Under the pieces are notes generated by a model that worked only from the letters and a program-made list of their open reading frames with translations, was not told where the DNA came from and did no database searches. DNA of 55,104 bases from Candidatus Eiseniibacteriota bacterium (GTDB lineage: Bacteria; Eisenbacteria; RBG-16-71-46), in NCBI GenBank assembly GCA_020849095.1, contig JADLGX010000374.1, positions 1-55,104 on the forward strand. The letters run 5' to 3'. The position numbers were made by a program, and so were the translations under genes. Below are positions 45,081-54,352 of the stretch, piece by piece; positions within the stretch are counted from its first letter, which is position 1, and each line of letters starts with the position of its first letter.

Positions 45081-45773
45081 GTGCTGGGCGATGCCGCGGC
45101 GCTGGCCGATGCCGCCGCCGCCGCATTCGCGGACGCGGCCGCCCGTGCCATCCAGGCCCGCGGGGTCTTTCACGTGGCGCTGCCCGGAGGACGCTCGGTG
45201 CGCGGCATGCTCGACCGGCTCTCGCGCGAACCACTGTCCTCCGCAGTGGACTGGACGCGAGTCATCCTGTACTTCACCGACGAGCGAGCCGTGGGCCCGC
45301 TGCACGACGACAGCAACCACCGGCTGGTTCGCGAAGCGCTGCTCGAACCGCTGGGTGAGCGCGCGCCGCGATGCGAAAGGCTGCGCGGAGAGGTCCCCGA
45401 CCTGGCGGCCGAAGCGCACGACTATGCCGCGCTGCTCGAAGAGGGACTCGATCTGCTCGTGCTCGGACTGGGGGAGGACGGTCACGTCGCCTCGCTCTTC
45501 CCGGGGTCAGCACTGCTCGCGGAGTCGCGCACGCGCGTGGCCGCGGTCATGGACAGTCCCAAGCCGCCGGCGCAGCGCCTCACGCTCACCCCCGCGGCGC
45601 TCGCCGAGGCGCGGGAACTGCTCGTGCTCGCGAGCGGCGCCGGCAAGGCGGCCGCGGCGCGGCTCGCGCTGGCCGGCACCGGTGACGTGCGTGAGATCCC
45701 CGCGCGGCTCGCGAGGGACGGTCGCGCCCTCTGGCTGCTCGACGGCGATGCGGCGGCGGAAATCGAGCACTGA
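45081..45773 (+). CDS. pgl: 6-phosphogluconolactonase
   Basis: VALPGGRSV, FTDERAV and LGLGEDGHVASLFPGS motifs. The start is uncertain. GTG 45081 is listed. A CTG at 45054 overlapping the zwf stop would give MSDGPVRVRVLGD. ATG 44922 would overlap zwf by 136 nt. Confidence 0.85.
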   Translation: MLGDAAALADAAAAAFADAAARAIQARGVFHVALPGGRSVRGMLDRLSREPLSSAVDWTRVILYFTDERAVGPLHDDSNHRLVREALLEPLGERAPRCERLRGEVPDLAAEAHDYAALLEEGLDLLVLGLGEDGHVASLFPGSALLAESRTRVAAVMDSPKPPAQRLTLTPAALAEARELLVLASGAGKAAAARLALAGTGDVREIPARLARDGRALWLLDGDAAAEIEH

Positions 45774-45807
45774 GGGCGGTGCTCCACGAGCGGCCCGGAA
45801 CGAAGCA

Positions 45808-45840
45808 GAAGGGCGCGTCCCCATCGTGGACGCGCCCTTC
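45808..45840. terminator. Hairpin between convergent pgl and the HTH gene
   Basis: GAAGGGCGCGTCC-CCATCGT-GGACGCGCCCTTC, a perfect 13-bp stem, followed by CGTGTGTTCGG. Confidence 0.65.
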
Positions 45841-45857
45841 CGTGTGTTCGGTGCGGA

Positions 45858-46226
45858 CTACTTCTTCTTGCGGGCGGCCTTCGCGCGGGGTCGCTTGGCG
45901 CCGCTCGATCCGCCGAAGACGGAATCGAGATAGCGCGAAACCTCTTCGCGCACGATGCCGGGTAGCAGTTCCCGGACCTTGGCCTGCACGCCGGCACGCA
46001 CCTGGGAGCCCAGGTCGCCACCGAGTGCGGCCCCGGCGCGGGCGACGCCCGGCTTGCGGCCACGCGGCCCCTTGAGGCCCTTCTTCTTCCGCCACGAGTA
46101 ATACGTGACCGGCTTCACGCCGAACTTCTTCTGGATGCCTTCCGCGGTGAGTCCTTCGCGCTGCGCAGTGGCGAGGATCTCCTCCCGCTGCGCGTCCGAG
46201 TAGGTCTTCCGTTCCCTCTTCGCCAT
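45858..46226 (-). CDS. Small HTH protein resembling the N-terminal DNA-binding part of IS3/IS911 OrfA transposases
   Basis: ATG 46226 follows AAGGAG. MAKRERKTYSDAQREEILATAQREGLTAEGIQKKFGVKPVTYYSWRKKKG, with a basic C-terminus. No DDE ORF and no inverted repeats nearby. Confidence 0.75.
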   Translation of the reverse strand: MAKRERKTYSDAQREEILATAQREGLTAEGIQKKFGVKPVTYYSWRKKKGLKGPRGRKPGVARAGAALGGDLGSQVRAGVQAKVRELLPGIVREEVSRYLDSVFGGSSGAKRPRAKAARKKK

Positions 46227-46325
46227 TCACATCTCCTTCGTTCGGGGGATTCTGCATGGGTGCTGCGCCCGTGGTCTATCAGGAGCGCGGGATGGGGTCA
46301 ACACGCGAATGACGTCCGCGTGGGA

Positions 46326-47282
46326 TCAGGCGACGAATATGAAATGCAAAGTTTCTGACCAGCCTGCCCTCGTCAGCGCGGCCCGCCAGCGCTCGCGAGC
46401 GGCCGGGGCCACCAGCGCGATGATGGCCGGTGCTGCATCATCGCGCTCCAGGTCCGCGAGCGGGGCGCGCGCTTCGATCGAGCGCGCGACCCGCTCGCCG
46501 AGCGCGGCGCGCCAGCGCTGCAGGCTCTCGCCGACGCCGATGAGCCGCGCGCGGCGGCCGCCCTGCAACAGCGTGCGGTCGAGCGCGGCCACCTTGAGTT
46601 CCGTGAAGCGCTCCCGGGCATAGCGTCCGTCCGTGCGCGTCGAACTGGCGTCGTGCTGCCGCCATCCATAGAGCGCGCGCGGCAGCTTTCCGAAGCGCGC
46701 CCCGGATTCGGCGAGCCGGATCCACAGGTCGAGATCCTCGGCCCAGCCCTGCTCCTGCCAGCCGCCCACGCGCTCGAGCGCCTCTCTCCTCATCAGTGCG
46801 GTGCCGTGGCACAGCGGGCTGTCGATAAGCAATTCCCGATGCATCTGCTCGTGCGTCAGCAGGGAATTGTGCCATGCCGTCCAGCGCCGCATGCCCTCCC
46901 CGTACTGCTTCTCCGGAAACAGCCGCACGCGGGTGCCGCACACATCCACGTCCGCGTGCGCCTCGAAGTGCGCGACCTGAAGCGCGAATCGTTCGCGGTG
47001 GGACAGGTCGTCGGCGTCGTGGCGAGCGAGCAGGGGGGCGAGCGAGTGCCCGAGCGCGGTGTTCAGGGCCGCGGGAAGACCGCGCGGCGCCGTATGGATC
47101 ACGCGCAGGCGGGACTCCATCGTCGACTCGGCGTCGAGAATCCCGGCCGAGCCGTCCGTGGAGCCGTCGTCGACCGCGACCACCTCGAAGTCGGTGAACG
47201 TCTGGCGCCACAGCGAACGCAGTGACGCCGCGAGCCAAGGCGAGGCGTTGCGGACGGGGAGCAGTACGGAAAGTCGAGGCAT
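46326..47282 (-). CDS. GT2-family glycosyltransferase
   Basis: MPRLSVLLPVRNASPWLAASLRSLWRQTFTDFEVVAVDDGSTDGS, then ...HDADDLSHRERF... (DxD region). Confidence 0.9.
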   Translation of the reverse strand: MPRLSVLLPVRNASPWLAASLRSLWRQTFTDFEVVAVDDGSTDGSAGILDAESTMESRLRVIHTAPRGLPAALNTALGHSLAPLLARHDADDLSHRERFALQVAHFEAHADVDVCGTRVRLFPEKQYGEGMRRWTAWHNSLLTHEQMHRELLIDSPLCHGTALMRREALERVGGWQEQGWAEDLDLWIRLAESGARFGKLPRALYGWRQHDASSTRTDGRYARERFTELKVAALDRTLLQGGRRARLIGVGESLQRWRAALGERVARSIEARAPLADLERDDAAPAIIALVAPAARERWRAALTRAGWSETLHFIFVA

Positions 47283-47338
47283 GAGGGCACGCTACCAGAG
47301 GTTGCGGGGAGCGGCGCCCGTCGTGATATTTTGCCGCC

Positions 47339-48682
47339 ATGGCGGGACACAAGCTTCTCATTCTCGGCGGTGGATTCGGCGGGCTCGACGTGGCTCGCGC
47401 GATCGGCCGCTCGCGCGCCGCGCGCGGCTACTGGGACACGCTTCTGGTGGACAAGGAGAACTTCTTCCAGTTCAACCCGCTGCTGCCCGCCGTCGCCGTC
47501 GGAGCGATCGAGACCCGGCACATCGCCTATCCGCTTCGCGAGATGGCGCGCCATCGGCACATCCGGTTCCACAAGAACAAGGTCGAGCACATCGATCTCG
47601 CCGCCCGACGCGTGACGCTTCGGAACGGTCTCGTCGAATCGTGGGACACGCTGGTCGTGGCGCTGGGCAGCGTCACCCACCACTACGGCGTTCCCGGCGC
47701 CGCCGAGCACACGCGACCGTTCAAGACTCTCGTGGACGCGATGACGCTCCGCGCGCGCGTGGTCGAGCTGTTCGAGATGGCGGAGCAGGCGGGCACCGAT
47801 GCCCAGAAGCGCCGGCTGCTCTCGTTCGTGATCGTCGGCGGCGGAGTGACCGGAGTCGAGGTCGCGGCTGAACTCCTCGACATGGCGCGCGAGTCGCTGC
47901 TGCCGCGCTATCCCGGGCTCGACCGCCGCCACCTGTCCGTGACCATCGTCGAGGGCAACGACCGCCCGGTGCCGGCCGCGCGTCCGGAGCATTCGGCATA
48001 CGTGAAGCGCTTCCTCGAGCAGCGCGGCGTGAGGCTCGAACTGGGCGCGCGGGTTTCGCGCGTCGAGGCGCGGCGCGTTCACCTCGCGGACGGCCGGGCG
48101 CTGGACGGGTTCACGCTCCTGTGGACGGCGGGCGTGGCCGTGCCTCCCGTCGTGCAGGCGCTGGAACTGGAGAAGCACCGCGACGGGCGCGTGCTCGTGG
48201 ACGAGCGGCTGAACCCGCGGTCCGCGGACGGACAGGCGCGCGAGGACGTGTTCGTGATCGGCGACTGCGCGGCCTCGGTGCGCGAGGACGGCTCCATGCA
48301 GCCGCAGTTGTCCCAGTCGGCGATCGCCATGGGCGCGCATGTCGGCAGGACCCTGGTGCGCCGCGCGGAGGGGCGCGCGGCGGAGCCGTTCCGGTTCCGC
48401 GACGTGGGCTACATCATCTCGCTCGGCAAGCACAGCTCGGTCCTCGAACTGTTCGGCGTCGCACTGTCCGGACGGCTGGCGTGGCTCGCGTGGGCGGGAG
48501 CGTACCTGCTCAAGATGGTCGGCATCCGCAAGCAGATCGAGGTGGGAATCGATCATCTGACGCATCTGTTCTTCGAGCACGACACCTCGCAGATCCTGGC
48601 CCGGCGGGCCATCCTGACCGAAGAGGAGCTCGACCTGTCGCTGGCGAGCCCCGGGCCGGACGACGAGGAGCAGCGGCGCTGA
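47339..48682 (+). CDS. ndh: Type II NADH dehydrogenase (NDH-2)
   Basis: HKLLILGGGFGGLDVA (FAD fold), a second Rossmann fold FVIVGGGVTGVEVAAEL, and VFVIGDCA. Confidence 0.9.
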   Translation: MAGHKLLILGGGFGGLDVARAIGRSRAARGYWDTLLVDKENFFQFNPLLPAVAVGAIETRHIAYPLREMARHRHIRFHKNKVEHIDLAARRVTLRNGLVESWDTLVVALGSVTHHYGVPGAAEHTRPFKTLVDAMTLRARVVELFEMAEQAGTDAQKRRLLSFVIVGGGVTGVEVAAELLDMARESLLPRYPGLDRRHLSVTIVEGNDRPVPAARPEHSAYVKRFLEQRGVRLELGARVSRVEARRVHLADGRALDGFTLLWTAGVAVPPVVQALELEKHRDGRVLVDERLNPRSADGQAREDVFVIGDCAASVREDGSMQPQLSQSAIAMGAHVGRTLVRRAEGRAAEPFRFRDVGYIISLGKHSSVLELFGVALSGRLAWLAWAGAYLLKMVGIRKQIEVGIDHLTHLFFEHDTSQILARRAILTEEELDLSLASPGPDDEEQRR

Positions 48683-48827
48683 AATGGCGGCGGATGCGCC
48701 GCTTTCACGCGCGCCATCCAGCGGCCCGGGCTTCCTGCCGAGAATGCGGACGAACAGGTCCGCCCGGACCTGTCCATGGCCGGCCCGGTGTGCGGGCGCC
48801 GTGCCCGCGGGCAAGACAGGGAGCGTC

Positions 48828-50273
48828 ATGGAATCCTTCGATCTGGTCGTGATCGGCAGCGGGCCCGGTGGGCAGCGCTGCGCCGTGCAGGCCGCCAAAC
48901 TGGGGAAGAAGGTGGCGCTCATCGAGCGCCGGCACGAGATGGGCGGCGTGTGCATCAATACGGGCACCATCCCGAGCAAGACCATGAAGGAGGCCGTGCT
49001 CGACCTGTCCGGGATGCGCCAGCGCCGGCTCTACGGCGAGGAGTTCGCGCCCCGACGCCGGCCCACCGCCGAGGAACTGCTCGCGCGCGTCAACGAGGTG
49101 AGCAAGGCCGAGCGTGACATCATCCACCAGCAGCTCCAGCGCAACGGCATCCACCTGATGTCGGGCAACGGCAGGTTCGCCGCGCCGCACACGATCCAGG
49201 TGCAGGACGGTGACGAGGTCACCACGTTGCAGGCCGCCAACGTCGCCATCGCGGTGGGCACCGTGCCGGGGCTTCCCGCCGGCATCGAGGTGGACCACAA
49301 GGTCGTGCTTACGAGCGACGACCTGCTGCGGATCGAACGGCTGCCGCGCCAGATGGTGGTCGTGGGCGCCGGCATCATCGGCCTGGAGTACGGCAGCATG
49401 CTGTCCGCGCTGGGCGTCGAGGTGACGCTGCTCGATATGCGCACCCAGCTGCTCGAGATGTGCGACCGCGAGATCGTGGACGCGTTCGCCTTCCATGCCC
49501 GCGAGATGGGACTCACGTTCCGCCTCGGCGAGCAGGTGGCGAGCATCCAGACGACGTCGAACGGGCAGGCGCTCATCACCATGAAGAGCGGCAAGCGCAC
49601 GGTGGCGGAGTGCGTGATGGTGTCGGCCGGACGGCAGGGCGCCACCGACGGGCTGCAGCTGGACCGCGCCGGGCTCGAAGCCGACTCGCGCGGACGCATC
49701 ACGGTGAACGAGCACTTCCAGACCAAGATGGCGCACATCTACGCCGTCGGCGACGTGGTGGGGTTTCCGTCGCTCGCCTCGACGAGCTCGGAACAGGGCC
49801 GTCATGCCGCCTGCCACATGTTCGAGGTCGAGACGCGCAGCATGCCGACCCTGTACCCGTTCGGCATCTACGCGATCCCCGAGATCAGCTGGGTCGGCAA
49901 GACGGAGGCGGAGTTGACGGCCGACGGCGTACCCTTCGAGACCGGCGTGGCGCGCTACAAGGAGATCGCGCGCGGGCACATCCTGGGCGACCGCGACGGC
50001 ATGCTCAAACTGATCTTCCACATCGACACCAAGAAAATCCTCGGCGTATGGTGCATGGGCACGCAGGCGACCGAACTCGTGCACATCGGACAGGCCGTAA
50101 TGGCGCTGGACGGCTCGCTCGACTACTTCGTGAGCAACGTCTTCAACTACCCGACACTGGCCGAGTGCTACAAGGTCGCCGCGCTGAACGGCTTCAACAA
50201 GCTCCGGGCGCTCGGCGACGCGTCGGTCGCAGCGGACGACGACCTTCCCATCCAGGAGCGAAGGGCGGCATGA
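48828..50273 (+). CDS. sthA: Soluble pyridine nucleotide transhydrogenase / class-I disulfide-reductase family flavoprotein
   Basis: ATG 48828 follows AGGGAG. FDLVVIGSGPGGQRCAVQAAKLGKKVALIE, GGVCINTGTIPSK (no redox CxxxxC pair, as in SthA), VVVGAGIIGLEYGS. Confidence 0.85.
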   Translation: MESFDLVVIGSGPGGQRCAVQAAKLGKKVALIERRHEMGGVCINTGTIPSKTMKEAVLDLSGMRQRRLYGEEFAPRRRPTAEELLARVNEVSKAERDIIHQQLQRNGIHLMSGNGRFAAPHTIQVQDGDEVTTLQAANVAIAVGTVPGLPAGIEVDHKVVLTSDDLLRIERLPRQMVVVGAGIIGLEYGSMLSALGVEVTLLDMRTQLLEMCDREIVDAFAFHAREMGLTFRLGEQVASIQTTSNGQALITMKSGKRTVAECVMVSAGRQGATDGLQLDRAGLEADSRGRITVNEHFQTKMAHIYAVGDVVGFPSLASTSSEQGRHAACHMFEVETRSMPTLYPFGIYAIPEISWVGKTEAELTADGVPFETGVARYKEIARGHILGDRDGMLKLIFHIDTKKILGVWCMGTQATELVHIGQAVMALDGSLDYFVSNVFNYPTLAECYKVAALNGFNKLRALGDASVAADDDLPIQERRAA

Positions 50274-50692
50274 GCATCGACGGCATTCTGCGACTGCAGA
50301 CGGTCGAAGGAACGGGCCTCCGCTTCGGGGCCCGTTTTTCTTCGGGACACGAGACCACGTACGACAGCGGGGAAGGCGTGACCGCCGCGAGCCCGGTCGA
50401 GGCGATGCTCGGCGCCCTCGCCGCGTGCGAGGGCATGGACGTCATCTCCATCCTCCGCAAGAAGCGCCTCGAGGTGACGGCGTACGAAGTCGTCATGACG
50501 GGCGAGCGCGCGGAAGCGCCGCCGAAGCGCTTCGTGAGCATCACGCTCACGCACCGCGTCACCGGCCACGGCATTCCCGAGTCCGCGCTCGAAGAGGCCG
50601 TGAAGCTCTCCGAGAGCAAGTACTGCTCGGTGCACTTCACGCTCGATCCGCAGATGCCGGTCACGTCGCGCTGGGAAGTGATCGAGGGCTGA
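50270..50692 (+). CDS. OsmC/Ohr-family protein
   Basis: ATG overlaps the sthA stop (ATGA). ...SPVEAMLGALAACEGMDV... and ...SESKYCSVHFTL..., the two conserved Cys motifs of OsmC. Confidence 0.85.
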   Translation: MSIDGILRLQTVEGTGLRFGARFSSGHETTYDSGEGVTAASPVEAMLGALAACEGMDVISILRKKRLEVTAYEVVMTGERAEAPPKRFVSITLTHRVTGHGIPESALEEAVKLSESKYCSVHFTLDPQMPVTSRWEVIEG

Positions 50693-50694
50693 GA

Positions 50695-51648
50695 TCAGCG
50701 AAGCACGACCGCCTTCGCCGTCCGCGTGGCGCCGTTCTGCGTGAGGCGCGCCCAGTAGAGTCCGGGCTCGAGCCGGCCGTCGCCGAGCGCGAGCGTGTGC
50801 CCGCCCGCGCCGAGCGCCCCGGCGTCGGCCGTGGCGACGAGGCGTCCCGTGGCGTCGAACAGTTCGAGTCGCGCGCCGCCGCCGTGCGGCAGCGTGAACG
50901 ACACGCGCACGTCGCGCGTGGCCGAGGGCTGCGCGCCGGCGATCGCCAGCGCGAGCGCGCCGGCGGGCGCCGCCTCGACGTCCGCGCCCGCGAGCCGCAG
51001 AGACACGCGCACGTTGTCGATCGCCCACGATTCGTCCGTACCGCCCTGCCACTGCTGCGCGGCCCCTCCGGAGACGGCACTCAGCTTCCACACGACCACG
51101 AGCGAGTCCGCGGTGTGCGGGATGTCCTGAAACGCGGGTTCGTTGCCGAGGTCGTAGGCGCGGTCGCGGCCATAGTACGAGCCGTTCGAGAACCCGAGAT
51201 TCGTGCCCATCGAGAGGATCGTTCCCGGTGCGGCCGGGTAGTCCGTCGTGTCGCCGGTGGCCAGCTGGAACCAGTGACTGAAGAGCAGGTCGCCATCCAC
51301 CGTGACCTGGTACAGCTCGGTGCCGTCCCACGAATCGATGAGCGAGAGCAGGAAGCCGAGCGACACGTGCGTGTGGGCGGGCAACCCGCGCAGCACGAGC
51401 TTCGTGTCGGACAGCGTCAGCGCCGAGAACCTCAGGAAGCTCGCGCCGTACGTGTTCCCGGGATGACCGAGCGCCGCCCAGCCCTGCGTGCCCTGCACCG
51501 TGGCGCCCGGCGCCGATATCTCGGCCGGAATCCCGCTCTCGAAGCCGGTCGACCAGTGGTCCGCGGCGCCTGCGAGGGCGGGGAGCATCGTGATGGAGGC
51601 GGCGCAGAAGGCTGCCGCGGCGACCGCCGCGACGTTGGAGAGTCGCAT
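50695..51648 (-). CDS. Secreted hypothetical protein with a FlgD-Ig/T9SS-type C-terminal domain
   Basis: ATG 51648 follows GGGAG. Signal peptide MRLSNVAAVAAAAFCAASITMLPALAGA. C-terminus ...VRVSFTLPHGGGARLELFDATGRLVAT...GLYWARLTQNG.... Confidence 0.8.
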   Translation of the reverse strand: MRLSNVAAVAAAAFCAASITMLPALAGAADHWSTGFESGIPAEISAPGATVQGTQGWAALGHPGNTYGASFLRFSALTLSDTKLVLRGLPAHTHVSLGFLLSLIDSWDGTELYQVTVDGDLLFSHWFQLATGDTTDYPAAPGTILSMGTNLGFSNGSYYGRDRAYDLGNEPAFQDIPHTADSLVVVWKLSAVSGGAAQQWQGGTDESWAIDNVRVSLRLAGADVEAAPAGALALAIAGAQPSATRDVRVSFTLPHGGGARLELFDATGRLVATADAGALGAGGHTLALGDGRLEPGLYWARLTQNGATRTAKAVVLR

Positions 51649-51837
51649 GGTGTGCTCCCGGGTGAAGGTGGCGTGCGGTGCGTCCTGAGGTGGGACGACC
51701 GATCGCATGCTTCGTCACGGCCGCTGGCGCGCGGCGGCGCGAAAGGTCTAGCATCCTCCCGCTGCCCGCCTCGCCGCGGGCTCCCGGGTGTCCGCCACGA
51801 ATCGCGATCCCCTCGCGTGCCTCTTGAGGAGCAGATC

Positions 51838-53238
51838 ATGTCCGAGTTCCGCATCGAGAAAGACAGCCTCGGTGAGATGCAGGTGCCCATCGCGGCCATG
51901 TACGGCCCGCAGACCCAGCGCGCCGTCGAGAACTTTCCCATCTCGGGCGAGCCGCTGCCGCCCGCGTTCATCCACACGCTCGGCCTGATCAAGGCGGCCG
52001 CGGCGCGCGTGAACGCGGAACTGGGCACGGTGGACAAGCACGTCGCGCGCGCGATCGAGCAGGCCGCGCTGGAAGTCGCCGGCGGCCAATGGGACGCGCA
52101 GTTCCCGATCGACGTGTTCCAGACGGGCAGCGGCACGTCGTCCAACATGAACGCGAACGAGGTGATCGCGCACCGCGCCTCCGAGATCCTCGGCGCCAAG
52201 GTGCACCCGAACGACCACGTGAACTTCGGGCAGAGCAGCAACGACGTGATCCCGACCGCGCTGCACGTCTCGGCGGTGCTCGAGATCGAGCGCGAACTGC
52301 TTCCCGCGCTCGCGCACCTTTGGACGGTGCTCGACGCGAAGGCCAAGGAGTTCCACGACGTCCTCAAGACCGGCCGCACGCATCTCATGGACGCGACGCC
52401 CATCCGGCTCGGCCAGGAGTTCTCGGGCTACGCCTCGCAGGTGCTCCACGGCATCGGCCGCGTGAAGGCCGTGCTGCCCGACCTGCGCGAGCTCGCCATC
52501 GGCGGCACCGCGGTCGGCACCGGGCTCAACACGCATCCCGAGTTCGGGCGGCGGGTGGCGAGCGAACTGCACAAGATGACCGCCACGTCCTTCACCGAGG
52601 CGACCAACCACTTCGAGGCGCAGGGCGCGCAGGACGGCTCGGCGTGGGCGAGCGGCGCGCTCAACTCGGTCGCGGCGAGCCTCATGAAGATCGCCAACGA
52701 CGTGCGCCTCATGAACAGCGGCCCGCGCTGCGGCCTGGGCGAAGTGACGCTGCCCGCGATCCAGCCGGGCTCGAGCATCATGCCGGGCAAGGTGAACCCG
52801 GTGATCTGCGAGTCGGTGATCCAGGTGGGGGCGCAGGTGATGGGCAACCACGTCGCGATCACGGTGGGCGCGCAGTGGGGCCAGCTCGACCTCAACGTGA
52901 TGCTGCCGATGATGGCGCGCAACCTTCTCGAGAGCGTGCAGCTGCTCGCCTCCGTCTCGCGCGTGTTCGCGGACAAGGCGCTCGCGGGGCTGGTGGCCAA
53001 CGCCGACACGTGCCGCGACTACATCGAGATTTCGCCGAGCATGGCGACCGCGCTCAACCCGCTCATCGGGTACGACAAGGCCGCCGAGATCGCCAAGAAG
53101 TCGTTCAAGGACCGCCGCCCCGTGCGCGCGCTGGCGTCCGAGATGACGCAGCTGTCCAAGGCCGACATCGACGCCGCTCTCGATCCCGCGCGCCAGACGC
53201 AGCCCGGCCTCGAGATGGGCGGCGGCGCGGGCGGATGA
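51838..53238 (+). CDS. fumC: Class II fumarate hydratase
   Basis: MSEFRIEKDSLGEMQVP, GSGTSSNMNANEV and GSSIMPGKVNP signature motifs. Confidence 0.95.
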   Translation: MSEFRIEKDSLGEMQVPIAAMYGPQTQRAVENFPISGEPLPPAFIHTLGLIKAAAARVNAELGTVDKHVARAIEQAALEVAGGQWDAQFPIDVFQTGSGTSSNMNANEVIAHRASEILGAKVHPNDHVNFGQSSNDVIPTALHVSAVLEIERELLPALAHLWTVLDAKAKEFHDVLKTGRTHLMDATPIRLGQEFSGYASQVLHGIGRVKAVLPDLRELAIGGTAVGTGLNTHPEFGRRVASELHKMTATSFTEATNHFEAQGAQDGSAWASGALNSVAASLMKIANDVRLMNSGPRCGLGEVTLPAIQPGSSIMPGKVNPVICESVIQVGAQVMGNHVAITVGAQWGQLDLNVMLPMMARNLLESVQLLASVSRVFADKALAGLVANADTCRDYIEISPSMATALNPLIGYDKAAEIAKKSFKDRRPVRALASEMTQLSKADIDAALDPARQTQPGLEMGGGAGG

Positions 53239-54248
53239 GCCTGCTCTCGGGCTGGGCCGCGCAGCACGGCATTCCGGACGACGCCACGCTGGCCGCGCGC
53301 TTTCTCGAAGCGCGCGGCCGCGTCGCGGCCGCCGCCCATCGCACGCCGGTCGTCACGTCGCGCACGCTCGACGCGCGGCTCGGCGCCCGGGTGTTCTTCA
53401 AGTGCGAGAACTTCCAGCGCATGGGCGCGTTCAAGTTCCGCGGCGCGTTCAACCTGATCTCGCAGCTGCCACCCGAGGCGCTGCGCCGCGGAGTGGTCGC
53501 ATACTCCTCGGGCAACCACGCGCAGGCGGTGGCGCTGGTGGCGCGCGAACTCGGCGCCCCGGCGGTCATCGTCATGCCGTCCCACGCCCCGGCCGCCAAG
53601 CTGGCCGGAACCCGCGGCTACGGCGCCGAAGTGATGCACTACGACCTGCTCGGCGAGGGTCGCGAGGCGCTCGCCGGGCGAATCGCCGAGGAGCGCGGCA
53701 TGACCCTGGTGCCGCCGTTCGACCACCCCGACATCCTGCTCGGCCAGGGCACCGCCGCGGCGGAACTCATCGAGGATGCCGGATCACTCGACCTGCTGCT
53801 CACCCCGCTGGGCGGAGGCGGGCTGCTGTCCGGCAGCGCGGTCGCGGCCCGCATCCTGGCGCCGTCCTGCCGTGTGGTGGGGGTCGAACCCGCGGCCGGG
53901 GACGACGGTGCGCGCTCGTTCCGCAGCGGCCGGCTCGAGACCGTGGACGCTCCGGACACGCTCTGCGACGGCGCGCGAACGCCCAGCCTGAGCAGCCTGA
54001 CGCTCGGGCTGATCCGCCGGAATGTCGGGGAAGTCGTCACTTGCACCGACGACGAAGTGCTCGTGGCCATGCGCTGGCTGTGGGAGCGGCTCAAGCTGGT
54101 CGTGGAGCCCACGGGCGCGCTCGGCCTGGCTGCTCTGCTCGCCGGGCGGGTGGACGGCCGCGGCCGCCGGATCGGCGTCGTGCTGTCGGGCGGAAACGTG
54201 GACCTGGGCGCGCTCGCGGCGAGGCTCGCCGCGACACCGAACCTCTAG
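53235..54248 (+). CDS. PLP-dependent serine/threonine dehydratase family (threo-3-hydroxyaspartate ammonia-lyase or serine-racemase-like)
   Basis: ATG overlaps the fumC stop (ATGA). FFKCENFQRMGAFKFRGA (PLP lysine), SSGNHAQAVA and GGGGLLSG. TAG stop. Confidence 0.9.
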   Translation: MSLLSGWAAQHGIPDDATLAARFLEARGRVAAAAHRTPVVTSRTLDARLGARVFFKCENFQRMGAFKFRGAFNLISQLPPEALRRGVVAYSSGNHAQAVALVARELGAPAVIVMPSHAPAAKLAGTRGYGAEVMHYDLLGEGREALAGRIAEERGMTLVPPFDHPDILLGQGTAAAELIEDAGSLDLLLTPLGGGGLLSGSAVAARILAPSCRVVGVEPAAGDDGARSFRSGRLETVDAPDTLCDGARTPSLSSLTLGLIRRNVGEVVTCTDDEVLVAMRWLWERLKLVVEPTGALGLAALLAGRVDGRGRRIGVVLSGGNVDLGALAARLAATPNL

Positions 54249-54352
54249 GCCGTCCGGCCCGGACCGATACTCGGGGAAGTCCTGCGGCTCGACCGCAGGC
54301 ACCACCGTCGCCCTGCCCGACTTCCCGCCCCCTCGGAACAGGAACTCGTCCC

